Below the pieces are notes generated by a model. The model saw only the letters and a program-made list of their open reading frames with translations, was not told the DNA's origin and ran no database searches. The translations under genes were made by a program, and so were the position numbers. A DNA stretch of 63,668 bases, counting the filler, from Atractiella rhizophila (taxonomy: Eukaryota), in assembly GCA_021432655.1 (NCBI GenBank). It is 7 parts of 6 records of this genome, joined end to end, with 100 filler letters (N's around TTAATTAATTAA, not from the genome) between each part and the next. Parts side by side here need not be neighbours in the genome. Positions count along the whole stretch, not along the records: positions 21,803 to 32,551 come from MU272062.1; positions 32,652 to 38,237 come from MU272063.1; 5 more parts are not named here. One strand, 5' to 3'. Positions 23,594 through 36,300 of this stretch are shown in pieces. Positions within the stretch are counted from its first letter, which is position 1, and each line of letters begins with the position of its first letter.

Positions 23594-26125
23594 AGTAGTC
23601 AGATACGAATGGATATCTTTTGTGATTTTCAGTCTGGGACAAATAATGTACTAGCCTCCACTTTTGAAATTTTTATAAAGATCACGCCAACTATTCTAAA
23701 AGCAAAGGCAAATTTTGAGCTTTTATCGGATCAATTACAGCTGCAGTTGCAAGAGGACTGAATGCACTGTTACGGAGTCAGACAATGTAAATATAATGTG
23801 AGTTGATGCTCTGCTTTGTTAATATCCCCTCAATGCTAATAATTCTTATACATCGTGATAGCTAGCTCTCAGGCCTCGCATTCGATGTACTCACGCCTGA
23901 GATACAATGGATAATGACGAAGTAATATGGAATCATATGTTTGACATATATAGGGTGTGTATTTTTTCCTTCGCTTTTTTTTGATGTTTGCTCACTCTTA
24001 TTACGCATTATACGTCGTAATATTTAGCCCCCAAGCCCATCGCTCCTCCCCCTCACGTCTAAAATACAATGGATAATAGCGAAGCAATGAGGAATTGCGT
24101 TTTTGATGTATATGAAGTGCATGTTTCGTCCTCCGCTTTTTTTAATGTTCGCTCGTTCTCAATATACATTATACGTCGTTGAAGCTACATCTTAGGCCTC
24201 CCATTTGCGCCACTCATGTCTAAATTACGATGGATAATGGCGAAGCAATGAGGAGTTGCGTTTTTTGATGTATATGAGGTGCGTATTTTGTCCTCCGCTT
24301 TTTTTAATATTCGCTCGTTCTCAATACACATTATACGTCGTTGAAGATACATCTCAGTCCTCCCATTCGCGCTACTTACGTCTAAAATACGATGGATAAT
24401 GGCAAAGCAATGTGGAATTGCATATTTTGATGGATATGAGGTGCATATTTTGTCCTCCGCTTTTTTTAACGTTCACTCGTTCCCAATATACATTATACGT
24501 CGTTGAAGCTACATCTTAGGCCTCCCATTCGCGCTACTCACGTCTAAAATACGATAGATAATGGTGAAGCAATGCGGAATTGCATTTTTTGATGTATATG
24601 AGGTGTGTGTTTTGTCCTCCGCTTTTTTAATGTTCACTCATCGTTATTACATGTTATACAGGGCAACAACAGCATCATATACGTTGTGTTCAAGCGACTT
24701 AATAGGAAAACACTTTGGGTATTGATATCGGAAGGTGCGATTACATTTCAAGTTTCAACATACCCATATCTTTATTTATGTATTTTTCTTTTGCTTCAGA
24801 GACAGACACATTCCTTTTCATAGACACTGGATCAGTCTAAATTATGTCCATGATGAAGCATTAATCATTACTACGTTCTTGCATTCCATAATATTCGATG
24901 GCGACCACTTTTGTGTTTGCAGCCCGATGCGGCGCAAATCTCCCCGAAATTGAGCGCAAAACCCTCGGGGCGACCAGTTTGCCGATTGAGTGGAAGGATG
25001 GTCTCTTCTCTATTTCGAGCTTGCTCCAAACCTCCAGTGACCGCAGGAAATCCCCGACCTGAACAAAGTTCAAGGAGGGCCGGCAAACTGGTCGCCCCGA
25101 GGGTTTTGCGCTCAATTTCGGGGAGATTTGCGCCGCATCGGGCTGCAAATACAAAAGTGGTCTATTATGGAATGCAAAACATAGTAGTGATTAATGATTC
25201 ATCATGGACATAATTTAGACTGATCCAGTGTCTATGAAAAGGAATGTGCCTGTCTCTGAAGCAAAAAAAATAAAACAAATAAAGATATGGGTATGTCGAA
25301 ACTTGAATTCGCACCTTCCGACATCAATACCCAATGTGTTTTCCTGTTAAGTCGCTTGAACGCAACGTATATGATGCTGTTGTTGCCCTGTATAACATGT
25401 AATACCGATGAGTGAACATTAAAAAAGCGGAGGACAAAACACACACCTCATATACATCAAAAAATACAATTCCTCATTGCTTCGCCATTAACTATCGTAT
25501 TTTAGACGTGAGTAGAGCAAATGGGAGGCCTAAGATGTAGCTTCAACGACGTATAATGTGTATTGAGAACGAGCGAATATTAAAAAAAGCGGAGGACAAA
25601 ATATGCACTTCATAAGCATCAAAAAACGCAATTCCTCATTGCTTTGCCATTATCCATCGTATTTTAGACGTGAGGGTGAGGAGCGATGGGCTTGGGGGCT
25701 AGATATTACGACGTATAATGCGTAATAAGAGTGAGCAAACATCAAAAAAAGTGAAGGAAAAAATACACACCCTATATGTCAAACATATGATTCCATATTA
25801 CTTCGCCATTATCCATTGTATCTCAGGCGTGAGTACATCGAATGCGAGGCCTGAGAGCTAGCTATCACAATGTATAAGGATTATTAGCATTGAGGGGATA
25901 TTAACAAAGCAGAGCATCAACTCACATTGTATTTACATTGTCTGACTCCGCAACAGTGCATTCAGTCCTCTTGCAACTGCAGCTGTAATTGATCCGATAA
26001 AAGCTCAAAATTTGCCTTTGCTTTAGAATAGTTGACGTGATCTTTATAAAAATTTCAAAAAGTGGAGGCTCATTATTTGTCCCAGACTGAAAATCACAAA
26101 AGATATCCATTCGCATCCGACTACT
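23594..26125. repeat. Long imperfect inverted repeat: arms 23594-24984 and 25081-26125, 96-nt spacer
   Basis: ...ggggcgaccagtttgccg pairs with cggcaaactggtcgcccc... at the inner ends; agtagtcagatacgaatggatatct pairs with agatatccattcgcatccgactact at the outer ends. Confidence 0.95.
23866..24660 (+). repeat. ~161-bp tandem array (~5 copies in the left arm; ~3 in the right arm, ~25390-25860)
   Basis: The (g/a)gataat...aagc/taat anchor recurs at ~23910, 24071, 24232, 24394 and 24556. Reverse-complement anchors occur at ~25485, 25647 and 25805. Confidence 0.9.
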
Positions 26126-26939
26126 GTTAGGGCTGACACTATGTGCGGTCGCCGATAGGCGATGCGTCTGTAGTGGAGATAAACCTAAGGGCATGATATG
26201 ACATGAAGACTAACCTATAGTGGAGATAAACCTAAGAGAATACTCTAAGGTCACCTCCACTACTCTCTGATCTATATATACAAGCGGAATAACACTGCCA
26301 CAAAGCGTAGAGGAGAGCAGATGAAACATGCAAGAGAACTAAAAGGGGAAGTGACAGTGGGATTACGTGGAGTTAATAAGAGGAGGAGAGGCACAATTGG
26401 GCTAAGTGGTAATGTAGGTGCAAATGGGCGACGGGCGCCGATTTGCAGGGAACGCAAATGGGCGATAGGAGACGCAATCCAGCGAACGGGCGCCGATTTG
26501 CATAAGATGCAAACCTGACACCAACTTGGTAGCAGAACAGTTGTGCAAATGACGCTCCATTTACTATCATCGTCCATGCGTATCATCGTGCGACACGGAT
26601 GCGGAGGCAGAGTCTACATTACGAAATCGCCAATTTCATCGACTTATACAATGCTCCACAGCTACATAACCTCATCTCCTCTTTAATAAATGTCAACATG
26701 CACGTTATTACCATAACGGCAGCTTGAGATGTTTTTCTTCAAGATTTACAAACTGCCCATCCGGAATATTTCACTCCCGGCGCTTTTGCATGCACATTGG
26801 AAGTCATGCGCAAGATATTTCAGAGCGAAAATGAACTTCAAGCCATAGTACAACCATACTTCATTTGTCGCACGTGTGGACTATGCATGCAGCCTCAGTC
26901 CCTCTACCTCATAACCTCCTTAGATCCTGTTTTCGAGAT

Positions 26940-27409
26940 GCATGAGGAGCAGAAACTGCGCAAGAATGGGTAGAAGTCTTCCTCAACCATCAAATGCGCC
27001 AAGCTCTCAATCGTCAAATTTGCGGGTCTTGTGGAATCTTTGGGGGCGAATGTCTTATTCCTGCCTCTACTCGAACTTACGCTCCGCCTGTTTTGCATTT
27101 TGAATGTCACACAGCTATCCGAAGAACATTGCTTTCTCAACGCCTAGTAACTCTTCCTGTACGAATGGCCACAGATAGTCCGCCCACCTCCGTTCAATAT
27201 AAGCTTGCAGGAATTGTCTACTTTGGCAGATCACATTTTGCTGCTCGAATATTTGATGAGGACCTCATATATACCTATATGGACGACAACAGGAAGATGG
27301 AGGGACTGGTGGGAAACTGGTTCTTGATCGTCAATCCCACACTTTGGAAACTTTGCAGTTTCTTCACAGAAGATTAGCGATGGCCTTTGTATATATATTG
27401 GATGTGTAA
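26940..27409 (+). pseudogene. USP-like (peptidase C19-type) cysteine-protease remnant
   Basis: YKLAGIVYFGRSHFAARIF...YMDD resembles a USP His box. The expected ending (LAMAFVYIL) is in a different frame. Confidence 0.5.
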
Positions 27410-28787
27410 GCCCTTGACAGTGTCACCTCACTTTGAATCCATTGTACATGACCTAGATAATCATCTTTTCTTTCCATTCTGTAAGTAAAGGGTTGAGAAT
27501 TGGATTGGCTGAAAATACGCATCAACCCAGGAATGTCAGAGTTTAATACGACCTGAAGATATAAGGACTTGACTATGACTAATAGATATCATGCCTCCCT
27601 ACGTACTATCATACATCTCGGACAATATAACGTATCTCAATTCCCTAAACATACGGATATGAGAATAGTCTAGTAGATATGCCTCAGAAGCCTAAAGCAT
27701 CACCTTCAATGCCCATTGCCTTGTCATGAAACGAAGACACAATTATACTTCAAATTAACGACATTATAAACGACTTTGATAATCCAGTGACTATCCTAAT
27801 CAACTAACTGCATACCGTGTATATTTATCATCCCATAACTAACTCTTTTTTTGCAATCATTCACCCCACCCAATGTCTCCACCCACCTTTAGCCCATACT
27901 TGCTCCATAAAAATTAATAGTCGCATGGGAAAGGTAGGACGAAAAATGGATAGAATCAATCATAAGCTATACTAACATGTAGGGTATAAGCAATTGTGAG
28001 CATGGTTGGGAAAAGAGGTATCGGACCTAGCTACATCGCGTGACTATCAATCTCTCTGGGCTATGTACTAAAAATAGGAGCGGTCCAGGTAACCGAAGTT
28101 CTTGGCATGACTCATAATACTCATAATACATACTTTTAAGTGTTCATACCTCCTTCACCTTCACCAGACACGTTGAAAAGAAATAAACTCATATGTTTGC
28201 GCCTTAAAGAATTTTTAAGGAAATTTAGTTTGAAAATGCATTCAGTCCTTGACATGAGTCACTAGGGGGTCAAGCACATGCCCTAGTAAACGGGTTAGTC
28301 GGCCTGGGCAGGGATGAAGACCGTTGATATCCTTAAAATTGCTAGGAAAATCATCGAATTAATTAATCAAGCATTGTGCATTATGAATCCATGTTATAGC
28401 TTCAATGAAGTCGATTACATCTAACTAAAAGTACTAATGCAATATACTACATTGAAATATCATTGTTCTCAATTGTCATGCTGTTATAAAAGTCAGGTCA
28501 ATACAAAATTGATGTTATTGTCTTTATTCATCATAATACTCCATGAGATTTGTAAGCGACTCAGACTTGTTTGGCTCATCCTCAATTTTAAAATTTCAAT
28601 CCAACAGTTTGATCAGACGATTAGGAATGTTTCTTCAATATCTGTTTTTTTTTTGAACAGCCTTAATCCTCTTTTCCATTATCTGAGCTAATTTGTTTCG
28701 AGTGTTTGGTTGAAAGCCAAATGTCTCCTGTTGTTGAATGATATGACAAGACGTAGCGATTGCGTGAGTCAAAATACTTTTATGAGT

Positions 28788-30114
28788 TTATGACATGATT
28801 ATAAATGAGTAAGGACAAACGGAGAATGTGAACGATGATGGTCGAGATTTGTTCTCCATCTTTTTTCCTCGACTATACAAAGTTTTGGCTGTAGAAGTTG
28901 ATCCAGACCTTTTCCTAGGTGAAGACCAAGATCGAGAAGTCACGTTAACAGAACTACCGGCAGCATAGTCAATGTCGTTACATCTGTAGTCCCAGCTACT
29001 CAAGTATATGTAAGCAGACATGAACGGACAGCCCTTTATGCAGAGAATAAAAATTACGGACGCGCTCAAAGTGAAAACAACAGATGCAATATCGCCTGCT
29101 TTGTGTTTTTGATCTAGGTAGCAATACGGTATTTTCTTCCCATTAACATCGTGAAACGGCGATGGAGGAACTGGCAGGTGAAGCAGTTTTTGCATATATG
29201 CATCTTCCGGATCGGCAAGAGTAGCTATTGCCTATTGAACTGTTTACAATCATGTCAAGCATGATAATACACAAAGAGAGAATAAACAGATGCAAACAAT
29301 TTGGGGAGTCGACGTTCAATTTGATCTTGTCGCTATCTTCCTCAACCTCAGCCATAAGAGAAGCGAGCTCACTCGCTTTTTCAAAGGAAAATTGGTTTGG
29401 ATTTTCCTTGAAAGCGGCCCAGTCGAACATCTTCTTCGTTTTGAAAATGATAACACCTTCTGTCTCAATATATCTCGTCGTTGTGCGTGGCACAGATGCC
29501 CAATCTGTCACACCATACCCACGCGAACCAGAAGTGTTGTATAATTGAACCGAATGTTGATCAGAAACTGATTTTTGAATGAAGGACATATTCGACTAAA
29601 AACTCAGGCAAATAGTAACTTTCTTTATGAGAAATTAAAATAAAACTTGCCCACAGTGACAGCCAGGATCATCTTAAAGGTGTTTTGGCAAGCTTGGCAG
29701 ATTGACTGAGAGAAATACAAAATTTCAAAGACGTCAAAATTTCCTTGTATGATTTCTAATCCAACCCATGTGTTAATAATCAGTAAACTGCAAAAATAAA
29801 GAAAAGCAAATAACTTTAGTAGTGTTGGATCCCCGAACATATATATCAACATTACCATATGGTCCTAGCACCCGTGTTTTATGATCAGAAATTTCGCCCC
29901 ACGATACGTTGTAGCGTTCGCCTGAGGATTTGCTGACGAAGATTATGGATATACCATAACCATCAGCGAAGGTCTCGGTATCCACATCAAATTCAGATTG
30001 GAAAGTTGGAAGGTGGAGACTAAAAATGCCGTTCTCAAGGTCGTGAGACTTGGTAAGGAAAAATTCGGCAATATCATTGAGTTGAGAAGCATCTGAAGGT
30101 AAAAAACTATCCAT
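28788..30114 (-). CDS. Multi-exon or decayed hypothetical gene, possibly OB-fold and element-associated
   Basis: Three same-strand ORF blocks (GEISDHKTRVLGPYGN; FKTKKMF; PFHDVNGKKIP...GDIASVVFTL) separated by AT-rich intron-like sequence. Confidence 0.4.
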
Positions 30115-30263
30115 AATGTTTTCTTGTCCAACACGAAAAAGCGTCTGGCTAAGGAGGAGGAGGAGCGAAAACGGGCGGCGCTTGAAAGCAGGCGTCGACC
30201 GGCGGAGGAGAATTTGCCCACTCAGAAATCAGGTGTGGCGGCAAAAGGATCCGAGGTGGGGTT

Positions 30264-31168
30264 GTGAGGGCGCTATCAGACTATCTGGTGACTGTGACTA
30301 CTTTTATTTTGCCTGCAGCTTTGGGGGATCGAAACCCGTTCGCCGGTGCGCCGGTCGCCGAATTTGTAGTGCGCGACGGGAAAATTCGAATCGGCGAAAA
30401 GGAATTAGATGTGTCGAAATACCGGTACTTCTGGCCAGGTACTTGTGAGACCTATTCCCATGCTGCAGCGAACATCAATCTGGGCGAGCTGGAACTCGAA
30501 TTGGTCATCACGACTCCTCGTGCGAATCCGAGTATTCTTCCTACATTGGCGAGCATCGGGACGCAGAGATGTAGCATCTGTACTGGCAAGGTTCTGTGGC
30601 GCCTGTCAAAGCGGCGAAAAAGAAAGCCAAGGGTGACAATGACTCTCAGGTGTGCGACTTTTCTGCTGGGCATGTCGCAACTGCGTTCGGTCGCGTCTGC
30701 TCGCGCTGTCACAGTTCTCGAAAAAGGTGTGAGGTTTTGCCCTTGGGGTACCTGGGAGAGCTTTCGATGTTAGTCGTAATGTCGACTACGTTCCATCCTA
30801 AACGTGTTGACGACGGGAAGAAACGACCTTCGGCTTTGATCGAGAGCAACTACGAGAATATTTCGGACGGCGACGAGGATTCTCCTGTACAATCAATGCT
30901 GAGCGCCGCTCGGTTGTACTCTGAAGCGTTTAGCTTGGATTTTGCACAAACCATGCTCACGGCCGCCAGGTTAAATGCACAAGCAGCGGCGGACGCTCTT
31001 AAGGCTGCCGAGTTGCAAATGGAGTTGTACAAGAGGAGGCAGGACGATCGTGCTGCAGAGGATACGGCTAGCAAGGGTTCTGTGGTGGAAGGTGTGATCG
31101 CCGATGTGAACGGTAGGGTGAGTTCATCCGTTTTCGGCGATCCGTCTGACTATCTAGATGTTGTTTAG
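30264..31168 (+). pseudogene. Zn-cluster-like Cys-rich gene with an apparent frameshift near 30596
   Basis: RCSIC in one frame continues as VCDF...VCSRCHSSRKRC in the next frame; coiled-coil-like tail follows. Confidence 0.45.
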
Positions 31169-31335
31169 GCATCGTAGGGCACCTGACCCATCGCCAGCTG
31201 CAGAAAATGTGTCGTATCGGCGAAATTGAGTTTCGACTGGGCGACTTAAACCCTTCGTTGGCCCAAGAGGCCTATGATAATTCCAATTATGATGCATATT
31301 CCGTTTCTTCTTTGAGCAGCAGCGATAGTGAGGAG

Positions 31336-31500
31336 TAGGGATGGCGATCAGATCGCACCGTCCTGGACGTACGTGTCCGATACGTGTACCTTACCCGTCC
31401 GTCCCGCTTGACTGGTCTTTGGGACGATACGATACGATATGCCATCCTCCACGTCCCGTCCGGTTTCATCCAGAAAATCCGTCGTATTAGGGGTTACGGT
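31336..31500 (+). mobile_element. Possible hAT-type transposon end
   Basis: TAGGGATGGC start followed by clustered CCGTCC/GATAC motifs. The partner end is not seen. Confidence 0.35.
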
Positions 31501-31765
31501 GGAGAAGACGATATGCAGCTGGAGCCATGGGTTACAAAGGAGGACAGTGGAGACAGTAGTTCGAGAGTTACATACTCTCTCAATCCCGTGATCCGTGATT
31601 CCTTTGCAGCATTCTCAGATTCTTCAAAACTGACACATTGAGGCTGCAGCTTATGAAACAAGACGAGCACTCACGCCCATAACAATTCCTTCCTCTTCTC
31701 AAACATATAAACACCTTCGACTCTCTCCATTCTCGACGTCCTTGATTCAACCAGTCACAACTGCA

Positions 31766-32522
31766 ATGGCACCACAAGAGCGGAAAAAAAGTCAGCGGCA
31801 GCAGACTTTAAAGGATATGTCAAAGTAGAATAATGAAGATGGAACTGCGTTAAGCGAGAAGCGAAGGAAGAAAGATTTGGAAGCTGAGGAAGTGATTTTG
31901 CCTCTACCCGAAGCATTCTTGGGCACGAATAACATTCAAGGCTTTGCGGAATACCTGGATATGAGTTTGTCAAAGCTCTGGTGTCTGCTAGCTCAACGAC
32001 ACCTCAGCATGCCAGTGGAGTGAGCACATCTTTTGCTATCTGTCATTGCCTTAGATCTGATGCTGAACTTGGACATATATAGAAAATGTCAGATTTATAC
32101 AAGAAGACCCTTGCCCTTCTCAACTCAACTCTCAGGCAGAGGATAACGATGACCCCTTTCATGCAGCGTTCTCAGGATGGCGCCCTTCCTCCCTCAACGA
32201 TGTTGGATATCAAGACGGGCTCAAGATGTTTGCAACCCTGTGGAAACGCCTTCAGCACGTCACTTACGTTCCTGAGGTAACACTATGTGCCCGCAAAGCA
32301 TATCTCTGTGCGGCAGCCGAGCACATTCACGCCATCCTCCTACCGGAAGGCCTTGTGGATTTGCCAGGTCCCGACCAGCTATTTCTGCCCGATCAAGATG
32401 AGGATGGAGAAGGAGAAGATCTGAGGATGGAACCAGCGCCTGAAGAGATTAAAGCAGCTGAAGTTGCGCAGATTTTGCCATTGAAGATAGATAGCTCAAA
32501 GAAGAAAAACAAAAGGCGGAAG
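31766..32522 (+). pseudogene. Spliced hypothetical gene with an in-frame TAG at 31826 (or a later start); truncated by contig end
   Basis: MAPQERKK...MSK*NNEDG...SMPVE, then a GTGAGC...ATAG intron, then an open frame into ORF 32226-32603. Confidence 0.5.
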
Positions 32523-32651
32523 GTATGTTCGTCTGCATGTGGATTGTTGAGNNNNNNNNNNNNNNNNNNNNNNNNNNNNNNNNNNNNNNNNNNNNTTAAT
32601 TAATTAANNNNNNNNNNNNNNNNNNNNNNNNNNNNNNNNNNNNNNNNNNNN

Positions 32652-33020
32652 TCCCTCCCCACACACCCTCTCCGCCTCCTCTTTATCCCCTTTCCTCCCT
32701 CTTCTCCTACAAGACCTTCGCCCCTAGTCCCCCTCCCTTTCCAAGCGTCACACCTGCTAGTCTCCTCGCTCATGACAAATCGTTCGCTCCCATTTTCGCC
32801 ACTTCGTCCCTTAGATTCATTTGCGGAGCGAACATCCGCGGAGGGGACCCAGAAGTGGAAGGATTGGGAGAGTGGAGAGGAGCGGTTGAGACTGAAAAGA
32901 AACCCGTTCTGGAATTTCCATGGTACTGTGGTAGGAGCAGTGAGGATTGTGGAAGAACTTTGCTTCAGCATTCCAGAGCCTCAGGTCATCGACAAACTAC
33001 TGGAATTGGAGAATGAATGA
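32652..33020 (+). CDS. 3' end of an unidentified gene
   Basis: Frame is open from the contig start to TGA 33020. Confidence 0.5.
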   Translation, partial: SLPTHPLRLLFIPFPPSSPTRPSPLVPLPFQASHLLVSSLMTNRSLPFSPLRPLDSFAERTSAEGTQKWKDWESGEERLRLKRNPFWNFHGTVVGAVRIVEELCFSIPEPQVIDKLLELENE

Positions 33021-33339
33021 CGATACCCCTACTACCCACTGAGGCTCGGTCATCCAGACTTCAACTTGGGTTGTCTGGCGTGCAAATTCAACCTCATTCT
33101 GTTTTCCAGGAGCGTTCACATGGCCCACATGTAGACGTCTTCATCGGTGTCAGGGAGGTAACATCCACTAATCAGCGTCACGACAATAATCGGAAAAGCT
33201 ATACATCCACGCGGCGGAAGGATCGAAATATTGCATTGGCGATAGGGAAGATTTCAGAATGGAATGCAATTGACTTTGTCGATTTCTGCGTTGCAAGAAC
33301 CACAACTGTAGGAACACGCCTCATCAACAGTGCATTCAG

Positions 33340-36300
33340 AAATGCAGATGAGTTTGCTTCAATCTTGTCCACAAGCTCAGCAGACGGTTGGGCAGCGCGC
33401 CGGCAACAACTCGCCGTTCTGTGAGCCTCTATTAGTCACAATGTTTTTCCAGATGCGAATCAAAAACGTACACTTCCCAGTATGGCTAGCAATGAGATAA
33501 CCTTCAGCGTTTGAACATGTGTTTGAGACTTTTTTATGAGAATTGAAAGTCTTTCCAGTATCTGTTTACCAGCTTCGATGAGCCGGAAACGGCTTAAACA
33601 TAGCAAAGGGCGTACCGCATATTTTACCACAACAAAGACAGAGAATCTGGCTGGTCGATCCAGGAGGAGGGACGTAGAACCACGGCGCGCCGTTGCATTC
33701 ATCTGTCTCCGTCTGATGCCGCTGAACGTAATAGTCCCTAGCTTCGCGCTGACAATGAGGAAAATCCAGCAGGGCATGGTGGAGCGTATACCATACAGTT
33801 GTTTGCAACCTGTGCATATTGTACGTTCTCCTTGATGGTGCGTGCGCTGATGCCTAGGTGAACATCCGTGAGCTGCTCCATTGGAGTTTGCAATTTTGCA
33901 CCTCACCTGTATAATGTTACTGTGTTCAGAAAAGGAGTCAAGCATATGGGGCAAGTCGGGTACTCCTTCAGTTGCTCCTTAAGTTTTGAGGACACGGCAA
34001 ACCTTTCCTTCAAAGAAGGAATGTGACGGGATCGTCCGGTCTTACAAGCAGAGGAGGTGCTCTCGCTTCGATGTTGCTCATACTCATCTTCCAGCTCTAT
34101 AAAGACAGTGAGACTACTTGGAGTCCATCCACTGAGGAGTGGTTGCAAGTACGTTACGACTAGAAAAGAAGCAAGACAGTGAGACTACTTGGAGTCGAAG
34201 TTGTCAGACGAATAGGAACGGGTCTTGAGGGGAGCATCAAAGGGAGGAGGGATAGTAGGGATAGTTCTGTCAGCAGGGTTCAGAAGACCCACTGATCGAT
34301 CTAGGAAGTTTCATTTTTGTTCAAACTTACTAGCTAAAGAGTTTAATCTAACTATGCCGTTAATCCGATGAAACCGCTGAATTCGTGAGTTGAGTTGATC
34401 AAGACAAACAAAAAACGTGGGTTCGACGTTTGCTACGGATGGGAGTTTTACTATAGTTCAACACCACGCTGTTCCGCTCCTAAAGTTCATGTATATTGCA
34501 CTCGAGGCAGGAGTGTAAGTAACTTTAAATGACCACAACTCAACCGTACTTTACTCCTACTTACTTCCATTACTTTATGGTCAGTCTCGCGATGATCGTC
34601 CTCCGCTCCCTTTAGGTGGAGCGGCCCGAGACTACCGTTTACGGCTCATCCCCTTACAGGCGAAGGGTACGGAAAAGTCGCTGAGTGCGGCAGAAAGCTC
34701 GCGCCTGTATCAAGGAAGCGACTGAGAGCGAAGGCACTTACTTAGTCTTGGCGTATAGGTTGGATACCTGACTCAAATGCGAGCTTCAAGACCAGCGAAA
34801 AGACGTAGTTCGGAACCAGCGTCCAACTAGCTCTACGCTAACAATCTAGCCTCCAGAACGAAGTATGACTTGGTACGTGTTATTTTCAAACGTCAACTTA
34901 CATACTAGGCTGTAGAAGGATTCTCTGCTATAAGAGACAGCTTCCACGCTGTTTAAACGCTGGCGAATAGCAGAAATCTAAGAAATAGCAGCGAAGGGAG
35001 TGTCTTTTGAGCTGTCGGAGACCTCGCTAACTAACAGCTTACAACTCGACGGTAGTTTTTTAGACTCGACCTTAATAGCTCTACCGGTTACTCCGGTGCA
35101 TGATGACAGTTACTTGCCATTACTTGGAGATGTACGCTCCGTAACACGCGCGAGTACCTTTTGTCTGCCTCAGTTTGACAAGTTAGGTTTACTATAAGGT
35201 AGAATTACTATCTAGGTGCCTTGACGAGGCGCTATAGGTCTGCACTTTCAGTACGTCCAGGAACTCATACGTTTAAAAAGGCGCATTATTAGAGTATTAG
35301 TGTCATTCATGTAAATACCTATTTCTTGTAAGAGACAGGCTGATCGATTAACGGAGGCAAGCGATTTATCATACGACGAACCTTAAAGTTACACTATAAA
35401 CCCTGAAAGTAAGGAGAGGTTCGGACTGAACTGACTTACTCGGGCGAATGTCCATAACAACCTTCAGATGGAAGCGCCACGGCTGTGGTGAGAGCTTGCG
35501 CAAAGTCGTAATAATCCGCCGACCGCGTGTTGCTATCTCCAAGTACTTAATCCTCACTCGATCTATCTTCCCTCAGTTCCAGGTCAAGCTCTTTCGTAAA
35601 CACCTTCGCATTCAAAAAGTTCATTGCGCTTCGACTCGATTTCAGAACGTCCTTTCTTTCGTACCCATCTTTTGCCGCACCTGCAGGGGGTCCTGGTGCA
35701 GGCAGGAAGACGATCAAATCCTCAGAGAGACTACGTGGGTTGAAGATCCATGTTAGCTAGTAGTATTACTCGATGCTATATCTCGCATGGTCCGTTTCTT
35801 GGTAGTGTAAGCACTTTCTGGACTTTTTTACTGTATATTTCCTTTCACGTAAGCCGGCGCTTAGGGGTCTGAAAAAGGACTTTCTAAAAAAAGTCTACAC
35901 CCTAACCGGTCCAAAGGCCGCGCGGTCCCATTCTTGTTGAACGCAGGATGTGTTCAATAAATTGACTTGATCCTGTATGTGCGGCTCATGTTTGTAATCA
36001 ACTTCCTGCTCGCCCCTTTCCCCTCCTTATAGGAGTACCTACGGTGGAAACGGGAAAGGCAAGCTTTGTAGATCCCTTAAACTCTTTCATTCTAAGAATA
36101 GTAGTTATAAGTCCGTCATTGTGGCAAAGTCCGTGTATGCTTAGTGAGTACTACTACGACAAAGTGTAGAGACGAGTCGAACGCCAGCGCCAAACACATC
36201 CATAACAGAATGAGCCGAGAAAGCGTATAATTGAGACCTCGTTGGTAGATCGTTGCTTCCATTTACGCGCTTTTGTAGTTTGGGTTGCGAAATGTGGTGA

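Noticed and set aside
23866..24660. CRISPR-like array
   Set aside because: The whole 161-bp unit is repeated with no unique spacers; eukaryotic context and no cas genes.
33903..34148. RING-finger call for CPICLTPF
   Set aside because: Splicing gives CxxC-x12-HxxxH, a C2H2 finger. The ORF's N-terminus comes from reversed sequence.
34102..34196. 24-nt direct repeat aagacagtgagactacttggagtc as a TSD
   Set aside because: It lies at the ragged gap-side end of the reversed fill, so a consensus error is more likely; no element lies between the copies.
35000..35756. ORF-track entries inside the mirrored segments (also 46628-47665)
   Set aside because: They are translations of reversed sequence and have no meaning.
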